The notes below the pieces were generated by a model. The model saw nothing but the letters and a program-made list of their open reading frames with translations, ran no database searches and was not told the origin of the DNA. From assembly GCA_035221665.1 (NCBI GenBank), contig CM069165.1:25792001-25856000 (forward strand): a stretch of DNA of 64,000 nt, given 5' to 3'. This DNA comes from Okamejei kenojei (lineage: Eukaryota). Both the position numbers and the translations under genes were made by a program. This document shows, in pieces, positions 50,213 to 64,000 of this stretch (positions are counted from its first letter, which is position 1; each line of letters begins with the position of its first letter).

Positions 50213-50806
50213 TTAGAAACAGAGAAAATAGGTGCGGGAGGAGGCCATTCGGCCATTCGAGCCAGCACCGCCAATCATAATGATCATGGCTGATCGTCCC
50301 CAATCAATAACCTGTGCCTGCCTTCTCCGCATACCCCTTGATTCCACTAGCCCCTAGAGTTCTATCTAACTCTCTCTTACATCCATCCAGTGATTTGGCC
50401 TTCACCGCCCTCTGTGGCAGGGAATTCCACAAATTCACAACTCACTGGGTGAAATGTTTCTCACCTCAGTCTCAAATGGCCTCCCCTTTATTCTAAGACT
50501 GTGTCCCCTGGTTCTGGACTCGCCCAACATTTGGATTTTGTTCCTGCATCTAGCTTGTCCAGTCCTTTTATAATTTTATATGTTTCTATAAGATCCCCCC
50601 CCTCATCCTTCTAAACTCCAGTGAATACAAGCCTAGTCTTTTCAATCTTTCCTCATATGACAGTCCCGCCATCCCAGGGATAAATCTTTTGAACCTACTC
50701 TGCACTGCCTCAATCGCAAGGATGTCCTTCCTCAAATTAGGAGACCAAAACTGTACGCAATACTCCAGATGTGGTCTTACCAGAGCCCTATAGAACTGCA
50801 GAAGAA
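50213..50806 (-). mobile_element. CR1 LINE 3' fragment
   Basis: LVRPHLEYCVQFWSPNLRKD; CR1-type 3' end. Confidence 0.9.
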
Positions 50807-50884
50807 ACTTAGCGAGTTTAAATCTAAGAAAGCCAGTGCAATATAAAGTAGACAACATTTGATTTTTATTGTAGTTACTTGAAA

Positions 50885-51360
50885 ATTAATGAAAGATTTG
50901 CATTTACTTAATGCTTTTCAGAATCACAGGATCAAAGTGATTTTCTTGCACACAAAGTATTTTTGAAATGCAGACTTTATTAAAATATCACAGATGTAGT
51001 AGTAACCAATTCTGCACAGATGAAAGTCCCAAAAGCAGTAAAGTAATAATGACCATATCATCTGTTTGAATGATGACGTTTTTAGGGCAAATTATTCAGC
51101 CAAATATGTTTTGGTGCTGCTACTGACTCGTAAAGACTCATATACAACATCTGAGTTGATAGTTTAGCACTGGGCTAAAGCAAATTGGGCTGCAGAACAA
51201 AAATCAATTTGTATAAAAAACAAATCCATCTCCAAAACCTTTTGGAGAATCAGCAGTTTTCACAATTTGCATTAGAGGGTGCTACACATCTAGAAATGAG
51301 TGGAGCTGCCAACCTTCAGTTATTGGAAACCAGTGTGCAGCAAACATGCAACTGAAGCAC
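50885..51360 (-). mobile_element. Ancient DeuSINE-like element
   Basis: ttgcattta..., ccaattctgcacag, aataatgacca.atcatctgttt resemble the Deu domain/tail as recalled. Confidence 0.45.
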
Positions 51361-51376
51361 CTAAATGACAACTTTA

Positions 51377-54300
51377 GATTAAAGATTCAAGAGAGTTTAT
51401 TGTCATGTGTCCCAGATAGGACAATGGCATTCTTGCTTTGCTTCAGCACAACAGAATATTGCAGACATAAATAATACAAGACAGATCANNNNNNNNNNNN
51501 NNNNNNNNNNNNNNNNNNNNNNNNNNNNNNNNNNNNNNNNNNNNNNNNNNNNNNNNNNNNNNNNNNNNNNNNNNNNNNNNNNNNNNNNNNNNNNNNNNNN
51601 NNNNNNNNNNNNNNNNNNNNNNNNNTAGGCTAATTCAAGTTCAGATTTTGTTTGAGTTGAGATTAATAGCCTGATGGCTGTGGGGAAGCAGCTGTCCCTG
51701 AACCTGGATGTTGCAGATTTCAGGCTCCTGTACCTTCTACCTGAAGGCAGCGGAGAGGTGAGTGTGTGGCCAGGGTGGTGTGGGTCCTTGATGATGTTGC
51801 CAGCCTTTTTGCCACAGCGTCTGTGGTAGATCCCCTCGATGGTAGGGAGGTCAGAGCCGATGATGGACTGGGCAGTGTTTGCAACTTTTTGCTGTCATTT
51901 CCGCTCCTGGGCGCACAAGTTGCCGAACCAAGCCACGATGCAATGCTCTCATGCTGTGCACCTGTAGAAGTTCGAGAGTCCTCCTCGACATACCTACTCT
52001 CCATAATCTTCTCGGGAAGTAGAGGCGCTGATGTGCTTTTTTTATAATTGCATCAGTGTTCTGGGACCAGGAGAGATCTTCGGAAATATGCACGCCCAGG
52101 AATTTGAAGCTCTTGACCCTTTCCACCATCCACCCATTGATACAAACGGGACTGTGGGTCCCCATCCTACCCCTTCCAAAGTCCACAATCAGTTCCTTCA
52201 TTTTGCTGGTGTTGAGAGCCAGGTTATTGTGCTGGCACCATTCGGTCAATCTCACTGCTATACTCTGACTCGTCCCCTTCAGTGATACGTCCCACAACAG
52301 TGGTGTTGTCGGCAAACTTGATGATGGAGTTTGCCCTATGACCGGCTATGCAGTCATGAGTATAGCTTGGGGCTGAGCGCACAGCCTTGAGATGCTCCCG
52401 CGCTGCTTGTTATCGAGGCTGACACATTTCTATCAATGCGAACAGACTGTGGTCTGTGAATGAGTAAGTCGAGGATCCAATTGCAGAGGGATGCGCAGAG
52501 ACCCAGTTCTGAGAGTTTGGTAACCAGCTTGGAGGGGAAGATTGTATTAAATGCCGAGCTGTAGTCAATGAATAATAGCCTGACATATGAGTTTTTGTTG
52601 TCCAAGTGGTCCAGAGCGTGGTGGAGAGCAAGTGAGATCGCATCCACCGTTGATCTGTTGTGGCAGTAAGCAAACTGCAGGGTGGGTCCAGGTTTTTGTC
52701 GAGGTATGAGTTGATTTGCGCCATGATCAGCCTCTCAAAGCACTTCATCACCACAGACGTTAGTGCCACTGGTCAATTGTAATTGAGGCACGTCACCTTG
52801 GTCTTCTTGAGCCCTTGGGTATTATTGATGCCCTTTTAAAGCAGGTGGGAACTTCAGACATCAGAAGTGAGAGGTTGAAAATGTCCGTAAAAACTCCAGC
52901 AGTTGGTCCGCACAGGTTTTCAGAACACGACCAGGTATACCATCAGGTCCAAGTGCTTTCCGAGGGTTCACCCCTCTGAAGGATTTTCTGTAACTGTGAC
53001 CTCTGTAACTGTGACCGAAATACCATCAGGCGAATGTGGGCTCGGGAAGGCACATCAGTGTTCCCCTTATCAAAGCGCGCGTAGAACGCATTGAGCACGT
53101 CAGGGAGTGATGCTTCGCTGACATTTGAGCTGCTTCCTGATTTCGCCTTGTAGGAAGTAATGGCATTCAAGCCCCGCCACAGTTGCCGAACATCTGTCTC
53201 ATCCTCCAGCTTGGAGCAAAAGTCCCTTTGGGCCTTTTTGATGGCCTTACCAAGGTTGTATCTGGACTTCTTATAGACCTCTGTATCTTCGGACATGAAT
53301 GCCCGGTCTTCAGAAGAGTGCGGATCTCATAGTTCATCCAAGGCTTCTGATTGGGAAATACTCGGAAAGTTTTTGCTTGGATGCCGTCCTCCACACATTT
53401 CTTTATGAAGTCTGTAACGACTGTGGCGTATTCGTTCAGGTCCGTTGCCGAGTCGCTGAACATTGCTCAGTCTACAGACTCCAAACGGTCCTGGAGTTGT
53501 TCCTCAGCCCCAACCCCCCCAACCAGCTTTGAACAGTCCTCACCTCAGGGGGTGCGCTCCTCAATTGCTGCCTTAGGCAGGAAGAAGCAGCACCGCGTAT
53601 GGTACGAATTACCAAAGTGAAGGCGAGGGATAGAATGATAAGCATCCTTAATGGTGGTGTAGCAGTAGTCGAGGATGTTTGGCCCTCTGGTGCTGCAGGA
53701 GACATGTTGGTGGAAGTTAGGGAGTGATTTCTTGAGGTTGGCTTTGTTAAAATCCCCGGCCATGGTGGTAAATGCTTCGGGATAAAGCGTCTGGTTTTTA
53801 TTGAACACGGTGATGCTCCTCCAGGGCCAGATGGACATCAGCCTGGGGAGGGATGTAGACCACGGTCAGGATGATGGAGGTGAATTCCCTTGGTAGGTAG
53901 AAGGGACGGCACTTCACCACCAGGTGTTCCAGGCGTTGGGAGCAGGAGTTGGACAGGACTGCCACGTCTGAGCACCAAGCAGAGTTGACCGTGAGGCAGA
54001 CACCCCCTCCTCTCCCTTTCCCAGATGCCAGGGTACGGTCCATGCGATGGATGGATAAACCATCAGGCTGGACTGCTGAGTCTGGGGAGCTGGGGGCGAG
54101 CCATGTTTCTGTGAAACAGAACACAGAGCATTCCCTCAGCTTCCTTTGATAAAGCAGCCTTGCTCTAAAGTCCTCCACTTTATTTTCAAGGGACTGTACA
54201 TTGGCCAGAAGGATGGTAGGGAGAGGGGGTCGAAGTCCCCTGCGCTTCAGTGACCTGAAGTCCTGCCCGTCTGCCACGTTTCCGGATACAATGGAGGCCT

Positions 54301-54740
54301 CCCCGTTGTTTCCAGGTACTGTGCTTATTGTACCTGCAGTTTCTGCGAACCTGCGCTGGAACGGGGATTCCCTCACAGTCGGCAGCTCCAGCTCTGTTAC
54401 GATTGGGGGTTCCCTCACAGATGACAGCTCCAGCTCCGTTGCTCCTTGGAAATCCTGCTCGTCTGCTCCGGAGGGCTTCCCGGTGTTTCCAGGTACAGTA
54501 CCTGTGATTCCTAGTCGGGTCGGGTTCACTCCAGCGAAACCAGGGAACGCTTGCAGTCGGAGGCTCCCGCAGCCGCGGGTGATCGCGAAATCGCTAGTGC
54601 CTTCAGATGCACTAGCAGCTTGTCCGTTGCGGCGCCGATTTCTGCCCTTTTTCTGATTCAGGTAAGTTGATTGTAGCTGTAAATGATCCTCTTCGGTTGG
54701 GCTGCTCGCAAAATGTCGCCACAGGTAGGTGCCATCTTAG
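51377..54740 (-). mobile_element. Near full-length, frameshifted Rex1/Babar LINE (APE + RT); contains a 137-N gap at 51489-51625
   Basis: [68 protein letters not shown]; 3' tail TGACAATAAA(CTCT)TGAATCT. Confidence 0.92.
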
Positions 54741-56679
54741 GTTTATTGAGTCAAACTGAGCATTTCATTAAACAACAGTTTTAATCATAAGTGTAAATGT
54801 TGAGTTAGTTCACATAGAGACTCTTAAAGGTGTAACTGTACTGTTTGCATGGCCCAATTACTGGGGAATCCTCAAAACTATACTACCATAACCACCAAAG
54901 CTCAAAAGCTTTTAACATGGAACAGTACAGCATAAGAACTGTCTCTTGCCGTTAATTATATATTTTCCCCTTTCATTCGGCCTCCAAAAGTGCAACACCT
55001 CACACTTGCTCGGATTAACCTCTATCCACCTGCCCATTGCTGTAGTTTATCTATATCCTGCTGTATACTTTGACAGTCTTTCTCACTGTCCACGATTCCA
55101 GTAATTTTGGTACTATTTGCAAACTTACTAACCAACCCATTTGGTATATATATTCCACTGAAGCTTGGCCAGGCTCATTTCAGAGCACAGGACCTCCTTT
55201 TTCCCATCATTTTCCACTATCTGAACTGTCTGAAGAAGGGTTTCGGCCCGAAACATTGCCTATTTCCTTCGCTGCATTGATGCTGTTGCACCCACTAAGT
55301 TTCTCCTGCACTTTTGTTTACCTTCGATTTTCCAGCATCTGCAGTTCCTTATTAAACAATTATCTGTATAGATGCTTGATTATTAGGAATGCATATGCAC
55401 TTTGGGCTTTTTTTTAAGTCATGCCATGAATGAAAGGAAATAAATGGGTCACAATAAGATAAATCACAACAGTTGCAACTCTTGTAATAATGTTACTTTG
55501 CAATTAATATGTACCAGATATTGTTTGATATTAGATATAATCATCCTGTTCAGCTGAACGCTGTTAGAGCTACTTGATAATGAGTCAGAATTCTTTATTT
55601 TTCTGGAAATACATTATTCACTCCATACATTACTCAAAATATCTGTCCCCAAAATGCGAGAATCTCTTGCAATAACTGTAACAAGCCAAAGACAATTGGT
55701 AAGCCCTCACTCCCTCCATTTCAGTTCAACATCAGCTGGACAAGCTATGTGATGTATTCCACTGACCTCCTGTTCAGGCGACAACATTGGAGTGATCAAA
55801 TTATAACATTCAAAAGGACTGATGAAAAGTGCTTTGAAACATATCTTGTGATTCATTGTAGGATCATCATAAATATAGGTTGGTTGATTTGCCCTTCTTT
55901 AAACCACATTTACTCAAAAAGATTTACTTGAATCTTACAATTCACCTGCCATCATAATGTTTGGTAAAATCCATTTACCAAATAAAATCAATTTACACTC
56001 CGTCTCAAATGAGTTCGAATTATTAAGAAAAAACTGTAAATAAACCATACATCCTAGTGCAATTGAAAAGCAGGAAATTCTAAACACACAATTTCAGTCT
56101 CAGAGTTGAAAAGGAAAATGTAAATCTAGTTTTAGAGCACCACGTTATGCCACAGCTTGCAAATTAGATTGGAAATGCTTCTTTACATTAAAATAGTTAA
56201 TAAATTACCACAGTTGAAAACATTTAAAATTTGTTTAAAATATGTTTTAAATATGATTGCAATAAAGAAAGGTTCCATTGCAGAAATAAATTAATATAAT
56301 TAGGAAACAACAAACATTTCTTGAGGGAAAAGTGTTTGTAATCATCACTTATACTTCCCTGTCTTAAAGTCACGTAAAAGGACGTTCAACAACTGTTTCA
56401 CACCCAAGTAACAAAACCTTTGCATGGTGGGTTTAGTAGCTCAAATAGGCTTGGGAACAACTATAACAAAAAAAACAGGATCTGGCAGCTTAAAAACAGG
56501 AGACTCGTTTGGCCCTTTCAATGACAACACGATTAACCTCAAATTAGATTGAAAAATATGAGCACTGAAAGGAAAGCAGAAGCAGTCTAATAAAACGTTT
56601 AGCTTGAAAATCAGAAAATGTTGTAAATACTTAGCATAGATAGCAGGCAACAATTGTGAAGGCAACAATTAAATGTGAT

Positions 56680-57345
56680 CAGGACATAAAGGGGATGTGA
56701 AATAGCCCTAGTCAACAGAATAAAAGAGAATTCTAAAACTTCTCAAATATATTACAAGCGAGGTGGGCAGGGAAAGAGTAGGTTCCTTCCGGAACTAAAA
56801 GGCAAATCTAATGAGGAGCCAAGGAATATGTGCAGCGTCCTGAATTAATAGTTTGTATCAGTATTCACCAGAGAGAATGGAGAGTTAATGGAGGAGAACG
56901 ATAATTGTCTGGAAATGTGTCTATCAGGAAAGAGGAAATGTTACAGATATTGATGCATGTAAAGGTAGAAAATCCCTAAGGACTTGATGAAATCGTTCTT
57001 AAGGTGTAATGGGAAGCAAGGAAAGAGATTGCAAGGGCAGGGAGATAGTTGCATCAACGTGAGCCATGGGTGAGGTATTGGAAGACTAGGGGGTAGCTAA
57101 CATTGTTTCCATATTGAAGAAGAGCAGTAGGAAACTGCAGATCAGTGAACCTTATGTCAGCAGAAGGGAAACTGGGGGAAACATTCATATGAATAGGATT
57201 TATGATCAAATGTAAAGGCAGGGGCTGCAAGGGGATGTCAACATGGTTTGGTGCATGTGAAATCTTAGCTAACAAACCTGATTTAAGTTACTTTATGGGA
57301 GGTCACTAAGACAATTAATGAAGGCAAAGTGGGCAGACATGGTAC
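56680..57345 (+). mobile_element. Old CR1 ORF2 fragment
   Basis: Degenerate IKENSK, ANIVSILKK and GNCRSVNL-like segments. Confidence 0.6.
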
Positions 57346-57617
57346 AGCTGACATGGCAAGCCAAGGCAAGGCCTCTGACATGGTACAGGCCTTTTGTCTG
57401 TGGTGAACATGATGCCAAAACTATCACACAATGCCAGCACATAATCCAAATCCCTGCATTCCCCGCACATCTGGATGTATATATCCAAAAGTCTCTTACT
57501 TGCCACAATCGTATCTGCCTTCAATACCACCCCCGGCAGCGTATATTCCACGCACTCACCTCTCTCTGTGTAAAAAAAACATTCCCTGCACATCTCCTTT
57601 TATTTGCCCCTCACCTT

Positions 57618-58998
57618 AGAAACATAGAAACATAGAAATTAGGTGCAGGAGTAGGCCATTCAGCCCTTCGAGCCTGCACCGCCATTCAATATGATCATGG
57701 CTGATCATCCAACTCAGTATCCCGTACCTGCCTTCTCTCCATACCCTCTGATCCCCTTAGCCACAAGGGCCACATCCAACTCACTCTTAAATATAGCCAA
57801 TGAACTGGCCTCAACTACCCTCTGTGGCAGAGAGTTCCAGAGACTCACCACTCTCTGTGTGAAGAAAGTCTTTCTCATCTCGGTCTTAAAGGATTTCCCC
57901 CTTATCCTTAAGCTGTGACCCCTTGTCCTGGACTTCCCCAACATCGGGAACAATCTTCCTGCATCTAGCCTGTCCAACCCCTTAAGAATTTTGTAAGTTT
58001 CTATAAGATCCCCTCTTAATCTCCTAAATTCCAGAGAGTATAAACCGAGTCTATCCAGTCTTTCTTCATAAGACAGTCCTGACATCCCAGGAATCAGTCT
58101 GGTGAACCTTCTCTGCACTCCCTCTATGGCAATAATGTCCTTCCTCAGATTTGGAGACCAAAACTGCACGCAATACTCCAGGTGTGGTCTCACCAAGACC
58201 CTGTACAACTGAAGTAGAACCTCCCTGCTCCTGTACTCAAATCCTTTTGCTATGAAAGCTAACATACCATTCGCTTTTTTCACTGCCTGCTGCACCTGCA
58301 TGCCTACTTTCAATGACTGGTGTACCATGACACCCAGGTCTCGCTGCATCTCCCCTTTTCCTAATCGGCCACCATTTAAATAATAGTCTGCTTTCCTGTT
58401 TTTGCCACCAAAGTGATAACCTCACATTTATCCACATTATACTGCATCTGCCAAACATTTGCCCACTCACCCAGCCTATCCAAGTCACCTTGCAGTCTCC
58501 TAGCATCCTCCTCACAGCGAACACTGCCCCCCAGCTTAGTGTCATCCGCAAACTTGGAGATATTGCCTTCATTCCCTCATCCAGATCATTAATATATATT
58601 GTAAATAGCTGGGGTCCCAGCACTGAGCCCTGCGGTACCCCACTAGTTACTGCCTGCCATTGTGAAAAGGACCCGTTTACTCCTACTCTTTGCTTCCTGT
58701 TTGCCAGCCAGTTCTCTATCCACATCAATACTGAACCCCTAATACCGTATGCTTTAAGTTTGTATACTAATCTCTTATGTGGGACCTTGTCGAAAGCCTT
58801 CTGGAAGTCCAGATATACCACATCCACTGGTTCTCCCTTATCCACGCTACTAGTTACATCCTCGAAAAATTCCACAAGATTCGTCAGACATGATTTACCT
58901 TTTGTAAATCCATGCTGACTTTGTCCAATGATTTCACCACTTTCCAAATGTGCTGCTATCCCATCTTTAATAACTGACTCTAGCAGTTTCCCCACTAC
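57618..58998 (-). mobile_element. Young 5'-truncated CR1 LINE (RT + 3' end)
   Basis: [39 protein letters not shown]; (TTTCTATG)n tail; ACCTT at both junctions. Confidence 0.95.
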
Positions 58999-60776
58999 CT
59001 TGAAGCTATGCCCTCTAGTATTAGATCTTTCCATCCTGGGAACAATGCTAATGTGGGATGTTTTGATAGGAAGCCTTCCAGTACAGAATAATGAATGTTT
59101 ATTTTCAACAAGAAATAAATGCAAGTCGTGAAGATATCACATGCCGCTGCAGGAGTTTAACAGCTTGTTATTTGATGTGCAAAGTAATGAGTAATAAAAA
59201 CTAACATTTAGAAAAATTAAATAATTCCAAGACGAATAGTGAAATATACAATAAAACCATTCAATAAAAATGCTATGCCTGGTTTCACAGAAGTGAGCAA
59301 CATTATCAAATAATCCACAAAAACTAATCAATGACAGTGCATTACCTGTGGTGCAAAATAAGTTCATACTTGTAAAAGGCAAGCTAACTTCCAAGCACAA
59401 AGTTGCCACAATTTAAAAACTTAATTTATGTACAGAAATGAGCATTAAAACATCCAAGTTGTCGTTTGACTTCAGAAACTTTCCAAATGTGAAAAAAACA
59501 ACCTCTTTGCTTGTGCATTCACAGTGACCTTTGACTTGCATGACTGTTTTGTGGTTTACTCTGTGCAAACTTTGATTTTGATTCCTAAAGTTTAGTTTTC
59601 ACTTGGCATTCATGGGTTGTTTTTCTACAATAACATCAGCTCCACTCACATTTGTGCTTATTTGAATGCACAGGGGTTGGTTTTACACACAAATTTTTTT
59701 TCTTACATCAAATGAAGCATGGACTTAACATTTCCAAGAACCTTTGCATCACTGCTTCAGTTCTTTCTTTGTAAACCATGAACTTTTCTTTAAAATCTCC
59801 CCCTTGGAGATGTGTCAGCTAAATGTTTATATATAGTTCCAAAATGTTCACTTCATTCAATTTGCAACAGCTTTCTGTTTCTAACCTGAACTTAAAAAAC
59901 ATTCATCAAACAAGCAGCATTGTCCTGTGTGAATGGATGCTGTGACCCAGAATAAACAGGCTTTATTCAATCATTCCTTTGCCCTTTAAGTATCTCAGGC
60001 TTAAAGGGAGAAGTCATCTATTACAACGCCTCGCAAAAACAAACAAAGCTGACACACCACATCAAGAATAAAAACACCAATATTCACTAGCATTTAACCT
60101 TAAATAGCAGTTTTCCCCCGTTACTTAATATTTTCACTTTAGTCGCAAATATGGACGGAAAGTAGGCTTTAATCACCCAACCATTCTCAAAGATCAGCAC
60201 GCAAACAAATATATAACACAGAAGGAATGTTTTCCATCTACCTCAGCCAGCTAAATCAAGAACCCAAAGAACGTCCTTATCATAAGGTAAACACTTATAA
60301 AAGATTATAATACCTTTCAGTAAATACAAGTTTTTTCATAATTTGCAAAGAGAAGGAAAGCCTTGTACCCTGCTAGTTTATAGTAAAAAGAATACAAAGA
60401 ATCCTATACCCAGAAGAATTTAATTTAATGACTCTTGATATCCACTGAGGACAGTCAGGATTGCTCAGAAGAAACAAAGTTCACACTAGGCATGGAGGAA
60501 ATCCTGATTTGAAACAAGGTACATTAATCAAAACACTGACATAATTGGGCTGAAGTATATTTTAACCCAAAGTGTCTTTCTCAAGAAAAATCAAACACAA
60601 GAACACACAAAAACCAGCTGGAGTAGGCCACCTGGTCCCTTGAGCCTGCTCCACTATTCAATAAGATCATGGCAGATCCACATCAGGCCTCAACTCTGTC
60701 CATTTTCCAGATCCCCATAGCTATCAAACCCCAATCCTTGAAAAACATATCAACTCCATTTTAAATACTTCTATAC

Positions 60777-61085
60777 TGCGGCACGGTGGAGCAGCGAGAG
60801 AGTTGCTGCCTTAAAGCGCCAGAGACTCAGGTTCAATCCTGACTGTGGATGCTGTCTGTATGGAGTTTGTTCGTTCTTCCTGTGACCACATGGGTTTTCT
60901 CTGGGTGCTCTGGTTTCCTCCTAAACTCCAAAGACATGTTCGTAGGTTAATTGGCTTTGGTTTAAAAAAAAAAGTAAATTGTCCCTCGTATGTAGGAGTT
61001 GTAGTGTTTACGGGGATCACTGGTTGGCGTGCACACAGTGGGCCGAAGGGTCTGTTTACGCATTCTATCTCTAAACTAAACTAAA
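60777..61085 (+). mobile_element. tRNA-derived V-SINE (HE1-like)
   Basis: Full head, V-domain, (ctaaa)n tail. Confidence 0.87.
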
Positions 61086-61224
61086 TAGCTAGCCAATAGA
61101 GAAGATTCACCTCTGTTTCAAAAAGCATTTTCAAATGGTAGTTCTGCTTTCCCATATTGGATAACGTGGGGTCCTATCATTCATCATCTCTCAATGCAAC
61201 TGTTACTGTTAAGCTAACATTCCA

Positions 61225-62280
61225 GGGAGTCCCTTGAGATGAAGGATGACTTGCCTTCACTCCAATATTTATAGTTCTGAAGTGATTTACAATGCTACTG
61301 CAGGAAAGGCAGATGCTTCCATACATGGGGCAGGGCAGGTGATGACTATCCATTAAATAGGTAGGTGGTTTGTGAAATGCCCTAGCCCTCCTACTGTTTA
61401 TGCTACTTACTTGTCGACTCAAGATTTGAAAGTCATTCCAAATACCTCGCCATTTTGAGCAGTCATGGACCTGACATTGCCAGGACTCAGGGGGGTGACA
61501 CATTTTACCCCAAAGATGATTTGAGAACTCCCTCAATCCTCTCCTGTCAACGTGATGACATCTTTCCATGTACTGAGCTTACAACTGAGTATCCATTTCA
61601 CATAGCTGGTGCTGGATATGAGAAAAATATGGTCAGCCCAACAGAGAAAACAGAAAATAATTAGGGTCTCAGTGCTGGGAAGGGTGACCTGGCAGAGGAT
61701 GCTGTGCATGTTGAGCTTGTGGTCTTCGTTTTCTGTTCTTCTGGACATACGTTTTCTGCTGACTTTGACCTCAAGGAGCAACTTTTCCTTTGAAGCAAGG
61801 CGAGGCTTCCAAACCGTAGATGTCTCGTGTTTACAGTTAATTAGTCTCTGAATATCCTGCTCATCCTTATCAACCTGTGCTGAAGAATCTTGGTATTAGT
61901 TATTAACGGGTCAGCCTAGAGAGTTGAAGAATGGCAGCAAGAATTGCAGCAGGTGCTGCCAAGAGGTCTTGCAACAAGACGAGTGCATTTAGAAAGAAGA
62001 TGATCTCCAGAAATGTTGGCCTTCGTTGCGCTCTCGAGCCAATCACACCTGAAGATTGTATATTTTTTTTCAATATAGGCTGAGGTCTTGCAGAAGATCA
62101 GTCCATCTGCCTGTCGGAGACGGACCGTTTTTTTTTCAAGATTTAAATCCTCATTAGCCTCACACATAGTTTCTCGGGTCAAAGTGTGAACTCTAATGAC
62201 CAGGATACTCGTACCGTGTTACAGTGAGCTGGAGAGTCGTCATGTGTGCACAAATGCCACTAGAGTAGTCATTGAAATGC
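61225..62280 (-). mobile_element. Decayed RTE-clade LINE 3' portion
   Basis: ESWQCQVHDCSKWR (WE.LA.DR..WR-like); CPMYGSICLSCSSIVNHFRT zinc-finger-like end; SILCQVTLPSTETL. Confidence 0.65.
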
Positions 62281-64000
62281 CAGACTAACTCTTTCTTGAT
62301 AGCAAAGAAAGAGTTGGTGTAAATAATACTCCTTTCACCACTCCAGTACATGGCGTCTCCACTACATTTACTGGAAAACTACTGCCAGCTTGTTATGCAC
62401 TTGTCCTTCAGGGAGTAGCACAGAATTCAGCAACAAAGATAATACAAAAGATTAAAGTAAATGTGCACAGATTATTGTGCAAAAACACTTAGGATTGTAA
62501 TAAATTGTCAATTTAAGAAGAAAAAGTCTAAAATAAACTTTTAATGGATGATTATAATTTGGCAGATCAGAGCATACAAAAGAACGATTTATAATTCATG
62601 CGTTGCTCATTGAGCCTAAATCTTCCCTGAAACTTTTATAGAAAGCAAATCTCTTCTTTCTCCCATTATTCAGCCTGACAAAAAAGATGTATTCAATTAT
62701 TTAACTCCCTTCACAAAGAACATGATTATACCAAGTCCTAAAGTGACTCAACTTGGCACTGTCGGGCAGATATATAACACCACTGAATTTCACATTGATC
62801 AGGTTACACAATTATAAAAGTAAACCCTTTTTCATGGCGCAGGATAGGTAAGTCATGGTATTTAGCTCTTGAAAAGTGCCCTTGGTTTGAAGATTTAGGA
62901 AAACAACAAGCAATCATGTTATAATATGCACGGGCACCCTATGAACCGGAGTTTCTCATAATTTGAATGTGAATACAAGGACTCTTCCATTATCAGTGTA
63001 TGACAAAATTAGCAAAGCTATAAATATTGCATTTCTCACTGATACTGAAACGAGGCCCTTAACTTCTCACTTTATAAAATTTCCTTCAGTCATGTAGTGA
63101 CAAAGATTCCCATCCCCTGACATTAGTCTAAAGAAGGGCCTCGACCCAAAACGTCACCTATTCCTTCCCTCCAGAGATGCTGCTGTCCCGCTGAGTTACT
63201 CTAGCATTTTGTCTACCTTCAAGAGAAAGGGAGTGTTTGGTCAATGGCATCTTTTTGAAGTTTTCTACTTGTTAGGTAAAGAACGAGAGGAGAATGAGGC
63301 CCAATGAATTATTCTTACATTTTACTTTAGCTCAAATGTATTTTCCTGCTGCAAGAAAAATTGACAAGAATGCGAGGTGGCTGACACCTGATACTGGTTT
63401 ACAAAAAAAATGTGCTGGAGTAACTTAGCAGGTCAGGCAGCATCATAACAATCTTCTGGTTTGGTGCTAAAGATGATCAAGTTCATGTTGGTCAAATAGA
63501 GCCCGAAGAATAACACCATTAGGCTTCCTTATATATCTACAAGACCAGACAAATAGTTGATTTTCCATCTGAACAAATGTACCAAGACTGCTGCATTTCT
63601 GAAATACCATCCTGGAGTGTATGTTATTGCCAGTTATTGACTGGTTCTCGAGTACATTTCTCATCGGAAAGTAGCTGCATCGGTGGAGTATATAAATCGC
63701 AAAGCCGCAGGTATGCAAACGTCAACATCACTAATGTAAGATCCTCTCCTTATTCCAAATATAATAAACACAGAACACACATTGCGCTGGTTGTATTCCT
63801 CCATTCCTTTACATCCCAGCAACATGTGTCCTCTGATCGTTTTGACTCATAGTAACATGGGATACATTTAAATACAACATCAGTTATCATGACATTCGTG
63901 TCTTATCAAACAAAAAGGGTTTCCACTTCATCATATTGTAAACTGAACATTCCAACACAATTTAGGATATGTCATTCATTAGAGTGATAACGCATAATTT

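Noticed and set aside
51489-51625. ORF 51407..51628, or a missing DLG5 exon hidden in the N run
   Set aside because: Assembly gap of 137 N with Rex1 3' sequence on both sides.
63467-63852. Short ORFs near the window end as the next upstream DLG5 exon
   Set aside because: No similarity to the expected TLHSRLL...QQQQ peptide and no convincing minus-strand splice sites.

Overview
Eukaryotic, AT-rich genomic DNA, most likely from a cartilaginous fish (skate/ray-like; inferred from HE1/V-SINE, CR1, Rex1/Babar and Penelope repeat content). The whole window lies inside one minus-strand gene, DLG5 (discs large MAGUK scaffold 5). I traced 25 GT-AG exons (47257 down to 1, about 4.8 kb of CDS) whose phases all join in frame. 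They cover the coiled-coil region, PDZ1-4, SH3 and the start of the GUK domain; the 5' and 3' ends of the gene lie outside the window. Two exons (231 nt and 78 nt) have no counterpart in canonical human DLG5 as I recall it. The introns are full of mobile DNA: V-SINEs, CR1, RTE, a near full-length Rex1/Babar LINE, Harbinger-type MITEs and Penelope remnants. The three most interesting observations are (1) Penelope-derived fold-back insertions with target-site duplications and minimal hammerhead-ribozyme cores, (2) a Hero-clade RLE retrotransposon flanked by a ~100-bp direct duplication, and (3) a GC-rich non-coding retroposon family whose 3' hairpin keeps its structure, and in three tails a GCAA loop, while the stem sequence changes. 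No prokaryotic-type system (CRISPR etc.) is present. Family names come from recalled motifs, not database searches, and repeat boundaries are approximate.
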